A stretch of 64,000 nucleotides of DNA from an uncultured Nitrososphaerota archaeon (GCA_963718895.1 CAVRAG010000007.1:768001-832000), one strand, 5' to 3'; shown: positions 31,873 through 42,301, numbered from the stretch's first letter. The notes: a model not told the origin generated them from the sequence alone. Program-made: numbers and translations.

Positions 31873-33786
31873 TCACGGTCTTATCCCAACCTTGCGGCAG
31901 AAGTCAGGAAAGCGGGGGTCCTTTCGCATCTGCGCGAAGAGCGGGTCGAACCTTATCGAGAATGGCCAGGAATGCGTCTCCGCCTGCCGCATCAGGACCC
32001 TGAACGCCTCATCGAGGTTTCCCAGCGCAGCCTGCACGAGGAGCTCCGCGTTGAGCCTGAAGGACTCGTTCTCGTTGGCGAGTACACCCTCCAGCAAGCC
32101 TTCAGCCTCCTTCCGCTTTCCTGCAAGTGCGAACAGGAGGCTCTGTGAGACGGCTATCATGGGCTCGTCGGGGCTGAGGCCGCGGGCCACGTCAACCATC
32201 TTCTGCGCCTCGCCGAAGTCCTTCTTCTCCATGTGATAGTCGGCGATGCTCAGGTAGATCTTCGGGTTCTTCGGGTTGAACTCTTTCAGCCTGGTCAGTA
32301 CCTCGCGGGCCTGACCGTCCTCTCCGACCCACGAGGCGGTCGCAGCCAGCATCTCGCCCGGCCCTGGTGAGAGCGGGTCGAGTTCATAGGCCCTCCTGAA
32401 CATCGACAGGGCTTCGTGGGGAGTGTGCATTATGGAGTCCACGACCCCGAGCGACATGTACGCCTCCGACAGGTTCGGGTTAATCCGGACGGCGACCTCG
32501 GCCTCGACGAGCTCCGCATCGAACCGGTCCAACATCGAGTGGACTCCTGCCATAGCCGAGTGCGCCTCTGCGAGCCCCGGGTCCAGCTCGAGTGCCTTGA
32601 CTGCGGCGGCCTCGGCGTTGTTGGCCATCGCGCCGAAATCCTCGTATCCGCTCACCGCCAGCATGTGCCAGGCGTTCGACAATCCGGCGTATGCGCGGGC
32701 GAAGGTCGGGTCCTTCGAGATCGCTCGCTGAAGGAGGGCTACCGTCTCCCTCATGCTCGCCTCCGAGGTCTCGTAGGAGAGTTGCTTCGCCCTGAGGTAC
32801 AGCGTGTACGCCTCGATGTCGCTTGTGTCCCTCTGCGCATCCCGGGAGAAGAACCCGGCCGAGAGCGAACCCGCGACCTTTGAGGCCACGTCGCTCTGTA
32901 TGGCGAAGATGTCGTTCAGTTCGCTGTCGTAGTTCGACGACCACAGGTGCTCCTCCGTGCGGGCGTCAATCAGCTGGACCGAGATCCTGATCTTGCTGCC
33001 CGCCTTCCTGACGCTCCCCTCGATTATCGAGCCCACGTCCAGCTCCCGGGCTATCTCCGAGACCTTCTTCTCCTTCCGCTTGTAGCTCATCACCGACGTC
33101 CTCGCTATCACCTTCAGGTCGCGGAGATCTGAGAGCTTCGTAATCAGCTCCTCGGTGAGCCCGTCTGCGAAGTACTCGTCGCTGGAGTCGGGACTGATGT
33201 TGACGAAGGGAAGGACGGCCAGTCTCTTACTTGGCCCCGAGTGCCCAGCGTCAGACGGTCCCCGTCTTGTCATGACGATCCTGTAGACCTCGACAGGGAG
33301 GTCGACGTTCTTCAGCTCTACGCTTCCCATCTTCTCGATCTTGAGCGCTGACTTGTTCCTGACCTGGTCGAAGACCTGCTGTGAGATGCATACTCCCCCA
33401 GGCTCTGCGAGCGGTTCGATCCTTGAGGCAACGTTGACCGCGTCGCCGTGGATGTCGCCCGACCCACCCACCACGTCCCCAACGTGAATCCCAATCCTGA
33501 GGTCCACCCTCCGGGACGGATCGGCCAGTTTGTTGTGCTCCCCCATGGTCTTCTGTATCTCCACCGCACAGAGCAAGGCGTCGAGCGCGCTCTTGAACTC
33601 GACTAGGAAGGCGTCTCCGATGGTCTTTACCTCGATTCCGCCGTGGGCGATGAACTGGGCGCGGAGAAGACCGCGGTGTTCTTCCAGCAGCTCAAGTGCG
33701 AGGGACTCGTTCGTCTGAGACAGGCGGGTGAACCCCACGATGTCCGTGAACATGATGGCCGCGAGCCTCCTCTCACCGTCTGGCAT
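31873..33786 (-). CDS. Class III adenylate/guanylate cyclase with TolB-like and TPR domains
   Basis: IMFTDIVGFT, VKTIGDAF, RIGIHVGDV, DIHGDAVNVASRIE, LAVLPFVN..YFADGLTEELI, TPR repeats. Confidence 0.95.
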   Translation of the reverse strand: MPDGERRLAAIMFTDIVGFTRLSQTNESLALELLEEHRGLLRAQFIAHGGIEVKTIGDAFLVEFKSALDALLCAVEIQKTMGEHNKLADPSRRVDLRIGIHVGDVVGGSGDIHGDAVNVASRIEPLAEPGGVCISQQVFDQVRNKSALKIEKMGSVELKNVDLPVEVYRIVMTRRGPSDAGHSGPSKRLAVLPFVNISPDSSDEYFADGLTEELITKLSDLRDLKVIARTSVMSYKRKEKKVSEIARELDVGSIIEGSVRKAGSKIRISVQLIDARTEEHLWSSNYDSELNDIFAIQSDVASKVAGSLSAGFFSRDAQRDTSDIEAYTLYLRAKQLSYETSEASMRETVALLQRAISKDPTFARAYAGLSNAWHMLAVSGYEDFGAMANNAEAAAVKALELDPGLAEAHSAMAGVHSMLDRFDAELVEAEVAVRINPNLSEAYMSLGVVDSIMHTPHEALSMFRRAYELDPLSPGPGEMLAATASWVGEDGQAREVLTRLKEFNPKNPKIYLSIADYHMEKKDFGEAQKMVDVARGLSPDEPMIAVSQSLLFALAGKRKEAEGLLEGVLANENESFRLNAELLVQAALGNLDEAFRVLMRQAETHSWPFSIRFDPLFAQMRKDPRFPDFCRKVGIRP

Positions 33787-33965
33787 GGTAATCGTTTGGA
33801 TTAGCCCAGCGGGTTTCAGATAAAGTTCTTGTGGATGTCTTGGGAGTATCTACAGGAGAGGGCCGGCAAAGTATTCCCTGTCGCATAGGGGGTCCCGTCT
33901 GGAATTTCGGACGAGAAGAACCCGATAGCCTTATCTTGGTTGTCAAGATTTCGGCCCCGCGGGAT

Positions 33966-35399
33966 TTGAGCGCGGCCAAAGACTCAGCGGTAGCTCCACC
34001 GCACGTCGGCTTGGTGCTGGCGCTGCTCGTGATGGCTCAGTTCGCGGTGGTGATGGACTTCTCCATCGTCCAGATCGCCCTGCCAACCATCAGGTCGGAG
34101 CTCGCCATGTCCCTCGCTGACCTGCAATGGATAGTCAGCGCCTACGGCCTCACCTTCGCGGGATTCCTGCTCCTCAGCGGCCGCCTTTCTGACATTCATG
34201 GACGCAAGAGGTTGTTCCTGGTGGGGATCTTGGTCTTCTCGTTCTCTTCACTGGCGGCCGGGTTGGCTAGCTCGGAGCTGGTCCTGATCGCAGCCAGGGT
34301 GGTCCAGGGGGTCGGCGCCGCTCTGATGTCAGCCACCTGCCTGGCTCTCATACTGAGGATCTTCGGACCTCTGGGCAGGCTCAACCAGGCGCTCGGAATC
34401 TTCACCGCGGTCTCGTCGGCTGGTTTCACGGCCGGAGTGCTGCTAGGCGGCGTCCTCACCGAGGCGCTTGGCTGGAGGTGGATCTTCTTCGTCAATGTTC
34501 CCGTCGGAATCCTGGTGGCGGTGCTCTCGCTCAGGATCATCCCCGACCCGGCGACGGGGAAGGCGGCCAGCCAGAGCCTGGACCTGCCGGGGGCCATCTC
34601 GGTCACCGCAGGGCTCATGCTGTTGGTCTACGGGCTGAGCGAGATGGGGAGTGGGGACGTCTCATATCTAGCTTACGCCGCATTCGTCTTCGCCGCCCTG
34701 GTGCTTGTCTCGTTCGTGGCCATAGAGCGTCGCACGGCCGCGCCCATCATGCCCCTGTCCTTCCTCAGGAAGAGGACCATCTTCTTCGCCAACGCCACGG
34801 CGCTCCTCACCTTCGCCACGACGACCTCGATGGTGTTTCTCCTGACGACCTATCTGCAGGTGCTGCTCTCCTACCCCGCGCTCTCCTCCGCCGCCGCCCT
34901 GGTCCCAGGGGCGCTCGTCTTCTTCTTCTTGGGAGGGTTCGGCGCGCCGCGACTGGTAAGGCGGTTCGGCGCGAAGCCCGTGCTGGTCCTGGCGATGATG
35001 GCTCTCTCGTTGGGCATGCTCCTTATGGCGCGGGTCTCGGCGAACTCAAGCTATGCGACGGTCGTACTGCCCGCCCTCCTCCTGGCATCCCTCGGCGGCT
35101 CGCTGTCAGCGACCGCTTCGAACATCGCGGCACTCACGGGCGCGCAACGGGGGGAGGAGGGCATAGCCTCGGGGCTCATCAACACGTCAAGACAGGTGGG
35201 CGGACCCATAGGGCTAGCCTTGGCAGTGAGTGTCATCGGACTGGTGACCCACGGGCAGGGGATAACTGGGTCGGGCACCGAGGTCGTGGCGGCGTTCCAG
35301 TACGCGTTCATCGCGTCCGCGGGCTTCGCGGCGGTTGCGGTGGTCACTTCGGTCCTGCTCCCTGGAAGGACGGTCAAGACGACCCCTGTTGGACACTAG
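33966..35399 (+). CDS. MFS drug:H+ antiporter (14-TM DHA2/EmrB-like)
   Basis: DFSIVQIALPTI, GRLSDIHGRKR, GWRWIFFVNVPVG. Confidence 0.95.
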   Translation: MSAAKDSAVAPPHVGLVLALLVMAQFAVVMDFSIVQIALPTIRSELAMSLADLQWIVSAYGLTFAGFLLLSGRLSDIHGRKRLFLVGILVFSFSSLAAGLASSELVLIAARVVQGVGAALMSATCLALILRIFGPLGRLNQALGIFTAVSSAGFTAGVLLGGVLTEALGWRWIFFVNVPVGILVAVLSLRIIPDPATGKAASQSLDLPGAISVTAGLMLLVYGLSEMGSGDVSYLAYAAFVFAALVLVSFVAIERRTAAPIMPLSFLRKRTIFFANATALLTFATTTSMVFLLTTYLQVLLSYPALSSAAALVPGALVFFFLGGFGAPRLVRRFGAKPVLVLAMMALSLGMLLMARVSANSSYATVVLPALLLASLGGSLSATASNIAALTGAQRGEEGIASGLINTSRQVGGPIGLALAVSVIGLVTHGQGITGSGTEVVAAFQYAFIASAGFAAVAVVTSVLLPGRTVKTTPVGH

Positions 35400-35475
35400 G
35401 CATCCAGGAGTCAGTCCACGCTCCGGGCGAAATCACGCGATAGTGCCAAGAACCCGGGCAGCGGGCGAGTAACCC

Positions 35476-36261
35476 TCAGGGGTTTTCTCTGTCCTTGATC
35501 TCTTCTCCTTCGAAGACGAAGAGCCTTGGTCTGCCTCCCTCCAGCCGCACGTATGTGTTGTGTATTGGCGCGGTCGTGATCCATGAGCCTGTGTTAGCGA
35601 CAGTCCCCGCTTTGTTCACAAATGGCCGGTGGGTGTGCCCGAAGATGAGGACCTCCCCTGGCTGCACCGTAGCGCAGGCCTTCTTCTCGACCCCGCCCAG
35701 CGTTTCCTTGAGCCTCTCTTGGGGATCTAGCTGCAGCACCTCGGTCGTGCGCCGGATGCTGCGCCCGTTCACGAGATTGGAGAAGAAGTACTTCAAATCG
35801 CCTTTGTCGCGGGTTAGCGCAGCCCAGATGTGCGTGTCCCGGTCGCCCTTCTCGTCGGACATGGCGTGGCAGAGAGACTCCATAAAGTGTTCTCGCTGCA
35901 TCTCGTCGAATTCCCAGCCGTGGAGGAAGTTGCAGGTCACCGCGTCCTGCTGAAGGGTGAGGTTCCTCATGAAGGTCACGGGGTATCCTCGTCCCTGAAG
36001 CTTGAGGACGTGAAAATCGTGGTTTCCGGCGATGTAGTATACGTGCATCTTCTTCTGAAGGAGTATTATCTGGTCAACGACATCCTTGTTCTCGAGGAAG
36101 ACTCCCGAGGCGTCCCTCCTCCACATGTCCACGACGTCCCCCAGGAGGACCAGGTCGGTCACGCTGGCGTCGGACTGGAGTTGACCGAGGAAGCGGAGAA
36201 ATGCCGCTTTGTCTGCGGTCTCGATTCCGAGATGCTGGTCCGAGACAACTACTATCACCAA
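35476..36261 (-). CDS. Calcineurin-like metallophosphoesterase (LpxH-like)
   Basis: SDQHLG, LGDVVD, GNHD, HG, GHTH, NTGSW. Confidence 0.9.
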   Translation of the reverse strand: MVIVVVSDQHLGIETADKAAFLRFLGQLQSDASVTDLVLLGDVVDMWRRDASGVFLENKDVVDQIILLQKKMHVYYIAGNHDFHVLKLQGRGYPVTFMRNLTLQQDAVTCNFLHGWEFDEMQREHFMESLCHAMSDEKGDRDTHIWAALTRDKGDLKYFFSNLVNGRSIRRTTEVLQLDPQERLKETLGGVEKKACATVQPGEVLIFGHTHRPFVNKAGTVANTGSWITTAPIHNTYVRLEGGRPRLFVFEGEEIKDRENP

Positions 36262-36502
36262 GTGGAACTCCCTGATTACGAAGAGCAGCCGTTACATAGG
36301 TCTTGCCGAGCTGAGACAGGAACGGCTGGGGGACAAGCTCTAGGAACTGATTGGATTCCTCCGAGGTTGCAAACGACCCTGCAGTGCTAGTAGTCGGTGG
36401 GTCCGCCCCACCAGACCCGGCGTGATCCGAACCAGTCTGGCCCTTCTGTCTCCAAGCGCGACACCTATTTTAGCCGGTTTGACTTGGCCGGTTCCATCGC
36501 AA

Positions 36503-36859
36503 ATGGTCGACAAAGCCGCGCGTCGAGTCCGCAGCGAGGGTGAAGGAGGCGAAGGATACTGCGCCCTTTGCAAGGAAGAGGGCAGACCGAGCGAGACGGC
36601 GCGCGACGTTCTGACCATCAGGCCGAGAGAGGGCGGAAGGCCGATGAGGGTCCCGCTCTGTCTTGCACACGCCGAGGGGCTCGGCAAGCCAGGCTCGCTG
36701 TACGACGTGGTCACCCCGCCAGCCAGAGTCGTCCCCGCAAAGGGTCTCGCTCGTCAGACCCGCCACGTCGAGGGGAAGAGCGAGAAGGGGAACATCAACA
36801 GGACGCTGCGCCGGGCCGAGAGATACAGCAAAGGCCAGAGAGGCCGACTGGGAGAGTAG
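36503..36859 (+). CDS. Small putative zinc-finger protein
   Basis: CALC...LCLAH with basic C-terminus; probable ATG 36503. Confidence 0.55.
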   Translation: MVDKAARRVRSEGEGGEGYCALCKEEGRPSETARDVLTIRPREGGRPMRVPLCLAHAEGLGKPGSLYDVVTPPARVVPAKGLARQTRHVEGKSEKGNINRTLRRAERYSKGQRGRLGE

Positions 36860-36908
36860 TGTCCTCCTGGTGCTAGACCCTCGGAAGACTGGGGGAGTTG
36901 CGAACGTT

Positions 36909-38564
36909 CTATGGGGCTCTCGCCGACGAGTGCCTTCCGAGCGAGTCTCTGATCACCGCGGAGACGCCCGGTTTCAGGAACGGCTGGAACGGGAGCAGGT
37001 ACCTCACGCCCTTCGCCCTCTCTATCGTTCTCGTGCCATTCTCATCTCGGTAGCTGGCTAGGAAGGCGTCGGCCACGAGCTTCATCCCTTTCTCGCTTGT
37101 GGCAGTTCTGCCGGAGAAATAGAGGAATTCGGCGAGATCCCACGCAGGATCGCCGTCCTCCACGGTCTGCTCGAGGTCGAAGAGATTAATCTCGTCGTCG
37201 CTCACGATCACGTTCTCCGCCTTGGTGTCTCCGTAGACGAGGCCGTCCCTGTGCATCTTGGCCAGGGTCTTGGCGTACTTTTCAACATACCTCGTGTCAG
37301 ATCCTTTCCCGCCTGTCACCTCTCCAACGCACTTTGACAACGGGACCCCCTTGACGTACCTCGTGACGAGGATCTTCTCGTCTGGCGCGATGCCCACGAT
37401 GCGGTGAGTCGGGATTCCGAGTTTGCGCAACCGGAAGACGCCCTCGTACTCCCGCTGGAGCATCGCAAAAGGTGTCATCTTGAATTTCTTTCCGGTGAAC
37501 GCCCACAGGTTCAGGAGAGCCCACTTCACTGACCGGAGGTCAGGGAAACTCTTGAGGATGAATTCCACTCGTTTCCCTTCGCTCGAGATTTCGAGCAGCT
37601 GCGTTGAAGTGTACACCTGCCCCTTCTTCCTCTGTTTGAAGGTATAATCTCCCTTGAACCCAGAAAGTCGCGCAAGCTCCTCGGTTATCCTGCTCGCGTC
37701 GTCGAAGATCACACCTTCTTCGAGTCGGAGCAGTTTCCTGGGGCGCATGAGCTCGACGGGCTGCTCGAAGGTTCCTCCTCGGCTTCCTCTCGCGGGCGCT
37801 CGGGCCTTAACGACTCCAGTCCCCACCAGGACGTCCTTGCCCGTTGCTTTGACTTGCGACTCCCCCTCCTTGACGGGTGATATGAGGGCGACAATCTTTG
37901 AAAGCACATCCGTGGGCACTTCACCTGGCAGAATCCTGACCCATTCATCGGTGCTCTTGATTATCCCGCTAGAAGTGAGAGATTGTGACGCCTCACGAAA
38001 GACGCGGACGGCAGACTCTGAGTTCTCCTTCCTGCTGTCGCAGCTGTAGGTGTGCGCAAAGGGGTGGATCGCCTCCGGATAGGACGCCGTTCTCTTGTGC
38101 AGCTTGTCGAAGAGAAAGTACTCGTAGGGAATGATCAGGTCTGAAGAAAACCCACCGTACTCAGACTGGACCTCGCTAAGACTCTCGACGATGACCCTCC
38201 TCTTGTACTCGAGCTCTACACTTCGAAGGAAATCCGCGCCAATCAGGGGTTCGTAGACGTTCAGGAGTCTGCCCACGACGAACTCCTTTGAAGACGATCG
38301 GCCTGCCTCTTCACGCAGCACGGCCTCATCGACTATGAGCGCCGATGCTCCAGGCGGACCGTGGACTCGCTCCAACTTCGTTCCCTCCTTGTAGAATCTC
38401 GCGACGATCAGCAGATCGTAGTCGGAATCCCCTCTGGCGCACCCTGCGACCCGGGACCCGTAGGCGCATAGAGCAACTGTGTCCTCTCTCTTAACCAGGC
38501 TCTCGGCGAGGCTTCGGATGCTTGCCTTCTCCTTGGCGGTGAGTCTGCTCTTCAGGGGTTTCAC
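36909..38564 (-). CDS. Pol-beta-type nucleotidyltransferase fused to a Bud32/RIO-like kinase
   Basis: N-terminal YGSRVAG..DSDYDLLIV; C-terminal ILKSF, REYE, YGDTKAENV, LFDLEQ, AWDLAEF. Confidence 0.85.
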   Translation of the reverse strand: MKPLKSRLTAKEKASIRSLAESLVKREDTVALCAYGSRVAGCARGDSDYDLLIVARFYKEGTKLERVHGPPGASALIVDEAVLREEAGRSSSKEFVVGRLLNVYEPLIGADFLRSVELEYKRRVIVESLSEVQSEYGGFSSDLIIPYEYFLFDKLHKRTASYPEAIHPFAHTYSCDSRKENSESAVRVFREASQSLTSSGIIKSTDEWVRILPGEVPTDVLSKIVALISPVKEGESQVKATGKDVLVGTGVVKARAPARGSRGGTFEQPVELMRPRKLLRLEEGVIFDDASRITEELARLSGFKGDYTFKQRKKGQVYTSTQLLEISSEGKRVEFILKSFPDLRSVKWALLNLWAFTGKKFKMTPFAMLQREYEGVFRLRKLGIPTHRIVGIAPDEKILVTRYVKGVPLSKCVGEVTGGKGSDTRYVEKYAKTLAKMHRDGLVYGDTKAENVIVSDDEINLFDLEQTVEDGDPAWDLAEFLYFSGRTATSEKGMKLVADAFLASYRDENGTRTIERAKGVRYLLPFQPFLKPGVSAVIRDSLGRHSSARAP

Positions 38565-38728
38565 AAGCCTACCGTGGTTCGAATCCTCCTGACGTATATA
38601 TAGCAGAAAGCGTCACAACTTGCCAGTGCGTGAACTCTGATTCGAGTGCTCCGCCGCTGGCGGATACGAACGCGTTCGGACCTTCCGTTCTCCTCGCACC
38701 TCCAGGAACCGGGGAGCTGGTGCTGAGG

Positions 38729-39190
38729 ATGAAGGAGGCGAAGGAAGCCAAGAACGCATTCACCGTGGCAGGCGCGATCGCGGTCGTCGCCGGACTGATT
38801 CTGATCGCGAGCGGGGTGCGTTCGGGCTCCCTTCTCCTGACAGGCCTTGGCTACGTCGATAGGTATCTGGGATCGACGATAACTCCCGATGGCGAACTCC
38901 TACTTCACCTGGCCATAGTGATGCTCACATTCATCGTCGGGCTCGGCGGGATCCTGGTGGTCGCCGGAGGGGTGATGCTGCTGCGCAGACACAGCTTTGC
39001 GGGAAGGGTTCTGATCGGGCTGGGAGGGGGCATGGCCGTTCTCGGGCTCATCTTCTCCATGGCCGAAGCCCTGTACGTCACGGGCCTCTCTGCCCCCGTA
39101 TTTCACGAGTCGTATTTCACTTTGTATTGGTTCGGCTCGATACTCGCCACCATCTCGGTCCTCCTCTCGAGAAGGGCCCGGCGTCGTTAA
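38729..39190 (+). CDS. Four-TM membrane protein
   Basis: Four long Gly-rich hydrophobic segments. Confidence 0.75.
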   Translation: MKEAKEAKNAFTVAGAIAVVAGLILIASGVRSGSLLLTGLGYVDRYLGSTITPDGELLLHLAIVMLTFIVGLGGILVVAGGVMLLRRHSFAGRVLIGLGGGMAVLGLIFSMAEALYVTGLSAPVFHESYFTLYWFGSILATISVLLSRRARRR

Positions 39191-39230
39191 GCAGGAGGGC
39201 ACTCATCCTGTTCGACAGAATCCCCGGCGG

Positions 39231-40166
39231 TCAGACGATCGTCGGATCATCTCTGGGGGCCCTGGGAAGATGCTTTGATGACGCGTACCTGAGGAGGGCG
39301 TAGGCGACGACGGCCAGCATGGCCACGGCTGCACCGATGTACGGAAGCTCGCCTGCGGTCGATGCCAGCGCGCTCGGGTTCATCGCTCCCGCCAGTATCA
39401 CGGCGAAGAGGAGCATCCCGTCGGAGATGACCCAGACGACTCTGTAGGCGGTGCTGGCGCCGTAGGGACCCTCCTTCTTTGGCGTCATCCTCCGGTCTAT
39501 CTCGCCCCCGACGTAGTTCATCAGGCCGGCGACGATTGCGATGGACAACGGGAGGGCATAGGAAAGAGCCACGCCGTGCCAAGTCAGGTCGATGAACTTG
39601 TGGATGCCCAAGGCCGATATCAGAGCAAGGAGGAGGACGAGGCTCGCCGAACCGACGAAGACACCCGTATCGAGCAACCTTCCCCCGAGACCCGGTCCGT
39701 AGGTCCTCCTCCACGGGAGCGGCTCCGGGTCGGGTTTGAGGTCAGGGTCAGATCTCTGGGAGAGCGCGTGCGGCTCGTTCTGGTAGAAGTAGACCTTCCT
39801 CTTGGGGTCGAGGGGAATCCTTTGACCGTGGGAATCGTAGACCGATCCCTTGACGAGTCTGGTGAAAGGGTAGAGCCACTCGACGCCCCTGTCCTTCGTG
39901 GTCGTGAGAGCGTCGAGGAAGGTGTGGAGGAAGGCGCCGATACCCAGGAACGGATTTACCAGGTAGACAAGAGCGAGGAAGACGAAGTTGTGGCAGAGGG
40001 CGCGATGAACCTGATGACGCCGGAACGAATCCCGGCTGAGAAGGCCGTATTCCCTGTCGAGGTCAGGAATCATCGAGCCGACGGCCACGAGTAGGATGGT
40101 CTCGGGCTTCCCGAAGAAGACCGAGGCGACCGCTATCCCGAACATTACGTGGGTGGAGAGATTCAC
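39231..40166 (-). CDS. Membrane-bound metal-dependent hydrolase (YdjM-like)
   Basis: TH, GSMIPDLD, HRALCH, HTFLD, WLYPF. Confidence 0.85.
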   Translation of the reverse strand: MNLSTHVMFGIAVASVFFGKPETILLVAVGSMIPDLDREYGLLSRDSFRRHQVHRALCHNFVFLALVYLVNPFLGIGAFLHTFLDALTTTKDRGVEWLYPFTRLVKGSVYDSHGQRIPLDPKRKVYFYQNEPHALSQRSDPDLKPDPEPLPWRRTYGPGLGGRLLDTGVFVGSASLVLLLALISALGIHKFIDLTWHGVALSYALPLSIAIVAGLMNYVGGEIDRRMTPKKEGPYGASTAYRVVWVISDGMLLFAVILAGAMNPSALASTAGELPYIGAAVAMLAVVAYALLRYASSKHLPRAPRDDPTIV

Positions 40167-40343
40167 GTTGGCACCTCCGCTTCCGCTGAGCGTTCAGGTT
40201 TCACGAAGAGAGAGTGCCAGGTCATCTAAAAATCCCTTGCCATGATTCTTCAACTCTAAAGCCTGGATCCGGGTAGCAGACGGGGCCTCCTGAAGGAAGA
40301 ATTATCCCTAGGGAATTTAAGCGTCCGACTGGCGAGAAATGGC

Positions 40344-40925
40344 TTGGTCGTAAACTTCCTCTTCTTGGTCAGGCATGGAGAGACCGAGGCCAACAGAGAG
40401 GGGATAGATGCAGGCGCGCTTGACTACCCACTTACGAAGAAGGGGCTGAAGGATGCGTCCTTCATAGCCAAGACCCTCTCGAAGTCGAAAATCGACTCCG
40501 TCTACAGCAGCCCGGTCTTCCGCGCGGTCGAGACCGCGAGAATCGTGGCGCGTCCGCACGGGCTCAAGGTGAAGATCTTGGAGGAGCTGACAGAGGCGAA
40601 GCTCAAGCCGCAGTTCGTCGGCAGGAAGGGAAGACACCACATCCTGACCACGCCTGCGGCGTTCTCCGAGACCAATGAAGAGCTGATGGCGAGGACGAGG
40701 AAGGCCATCGAGATAGTCAAGAAGAGGGCAAGAGGGAACGCCGTCTTGGTCTCCCATGGTGACGTGGTCACGGCAATGCTGGAAGATGTTGTGGAGAGGA
40801 GGGTTGCCGATGAGAGGTACTACGTCCTCCATCCAGACCCCGCGTCCCTCAGCATAATCGCGACCAAAGGGAGACCGTTCCTTGTCCTCTACAACTACCG
40901 TCGCAAGATGCTCGCTCGTCTCTGA
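40344..40925 (+). CDS. Histidine phosphatase superfamily protein
   Basis: VRHGET, SSPVFRAVETA, LVSHG. Confidence 0.92.
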   Translation: MVVNFLFLVRHGETEANREGIDAGALDYPLTKKGLKDASFIAKTLSKSKIDSVYSSPVFRAVETARIVARPHGLKVKILEELTEAKLKPQFVGRKGRHHILTTPAAFSETNEELMARTRKAIEIVKKRARGNAVLVSHGDVVTAMLEDVVERRVADERYYVLHPDPASLSIIATKGRPFLVLYNYRRKMLARL

Positions 40926-41110
40926 CCCTGGTTTCGACGGTTAGTGCGCGAACCCGTGAGAGCCCCCCGAGGGGGTTCAGGTCGCCGACGCTCCGGCTTC
41001 CGTCGGCCCAAAGGGCTCGTCCTCGCCGTCTGACGGTCATCTGCGACCCCGGACCCGCCGCTCGCCTGAGAAGCACTAAAATAGTTGGGAAGCGCGCTGG
41101 GGAGACACCT

Positions 41111-42301
41111 GTGATACTCGAGCTACCGAAGCGGACCGAGCACATAGGGTCGGTCAGGCTCCACGATATCCAGAGAGTCTACGAGCTGGACTCCGGCACC
41201 AAGAAATTTGCCACGAAGGCCAGAGAGGCGGTTGCGACCATCTCCCGGGACGAGATAGACCGCATCAACCAGAGGATGGCGATAGTCGTCCCCACGAAGG
41301 ACGAGAGGTCGAAGCTGCTCGAGGGTGTCCTGAGCGGAATCCCGCACGATTGCAGCGTCATCGTCGTCTCCGGCAGCTCGAGGTCCCCCGTGGACAGGTT
41401 CGAGACCGAGAGACAGATCATCAAGGAGTTCAACCATTTCGTCCAGGACGATATCCTTCTCATTCACCAGGAGGACCCGGGCCTTTCCGAAGCTTTCAGG
41501 AGCACCGGGTTCGGCTCGATCCTCGACGAGAGAGGGTCGATTAGGGGTGGAAAGGCCGAGGCCATGTTCACGGGGATAATGCTCGCCAGGATGATGGGGA
41601 AGGAGTACGTCGGCTTCATAGACTCGGACAACTACTTCCCGGGGGCGGTCCACGAGTACGTCGAGATCTACGGGGCCGGTTTCCTGCTCTCGGAGTCTCC
41701 CTACTCGATGGTCAGGGTGTCATGGGTGAACAAGCCCAAGGTGGCCGAGGACCGGCTGCAGTTCCCCAAGTGGGGAAGGGTCTCGGAGGTATCGAATCAG
41801 TGGCTGAACCGTCTCGTGGAGAGCCACACGGGGTTTGGCACCGAGGTTATCAAGACGGGCAATGCAGGAGAGCACGCAATGACCATGAAGCTGGCCGAGC
41901 TTCTCTGCTACGCGGCGGGTTTCGCAGTCGAGCCGTTCGAGATCGTCAACATCCTGGAGCAGTTCGGGGGGTTCGCGCCATCCGACCATCCCAGCGCGAT
42001 GTCGTCGGGAGTCGACGTCTTCCAGATAGAGACCCAGAACCCTCACCTGCACGAGGAGAAGGGAGAGAAGCACATAGAGGAGATGCTGCTCGCCTCTGTA
42101 GGCGCCATCTACTCCTCGGCGGCGTGCCCGCCCGCGCTAAGGGAGAGCATCCTGGCCGCCAAGATTCCGGGCGAGGAGCCGGGGACGCCGAGGAGGGAGT
42201 ATGCCGCCCCAGCGAGAATCAGACCCCCGATCGAAGTCGATCTTGAGAGGTTCGTTCAGACCCTCGAACGGGAGGCCCGGACGCTGACCCGGTTCCCATG
42301 A
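41111..42301 (+). CDS. mpgS: Mannosyl-3-phosphoglycerate synthase (GT55)
   Basis: LLEGVLSGIPHDC, GGKAEAM, GFIDSDNYFPGAVHEY, WGRVSE, TGNAGEHAM, NPHLHEEKG. Confidence 0.95.
   Translation: MILELPKRTEHIGSVRLHDIQRVYELDSGTKKFATKAREAVATISRDEIDRINQRMAIVVPTKDERSKLLEGVLSGIPHDCSVIVVSGSSRSPVDRFETERQIIKEFNHFVQDDILLIHQEDPGLSEAFRSTGFGSILDERGSIRGGKAEAMFTGIMLARMMGKEYVGFIDSDNYFPGAVHEYVEIYGAGFLLSESPYSMVRVSWVNKPKVAEDRLQFPKWGRVSEVSNQWLNRLVESHTGFGTEVIKTGNAGEHAMTMKLAELLCYAAGFAVEPFEIVNILEQFGGFAPSDHPSAMSSGVDVFQIETQNPHLHEEKGEKHIEEMLLASVGAIYSSAACPPALRESILAAKIPGEEPGTPRREYAAPARIRPPIEVDLERFVQTLEREARTLTRFP

Noticed and set aside
34478-35443. Long alternate-frame or antisense ORFs (also 25638..26603, 43298..44224, 52764..53519)
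   Set aside because: Arg/Gly/Pro-rich shadows of well-supported genes, expected from high GC3
38570-38592. tRNA T-loop-like GGTTCGAATCC
   Set aside because: The flanks do not form a T-stem or acceptor stem and there is no cloverleaf
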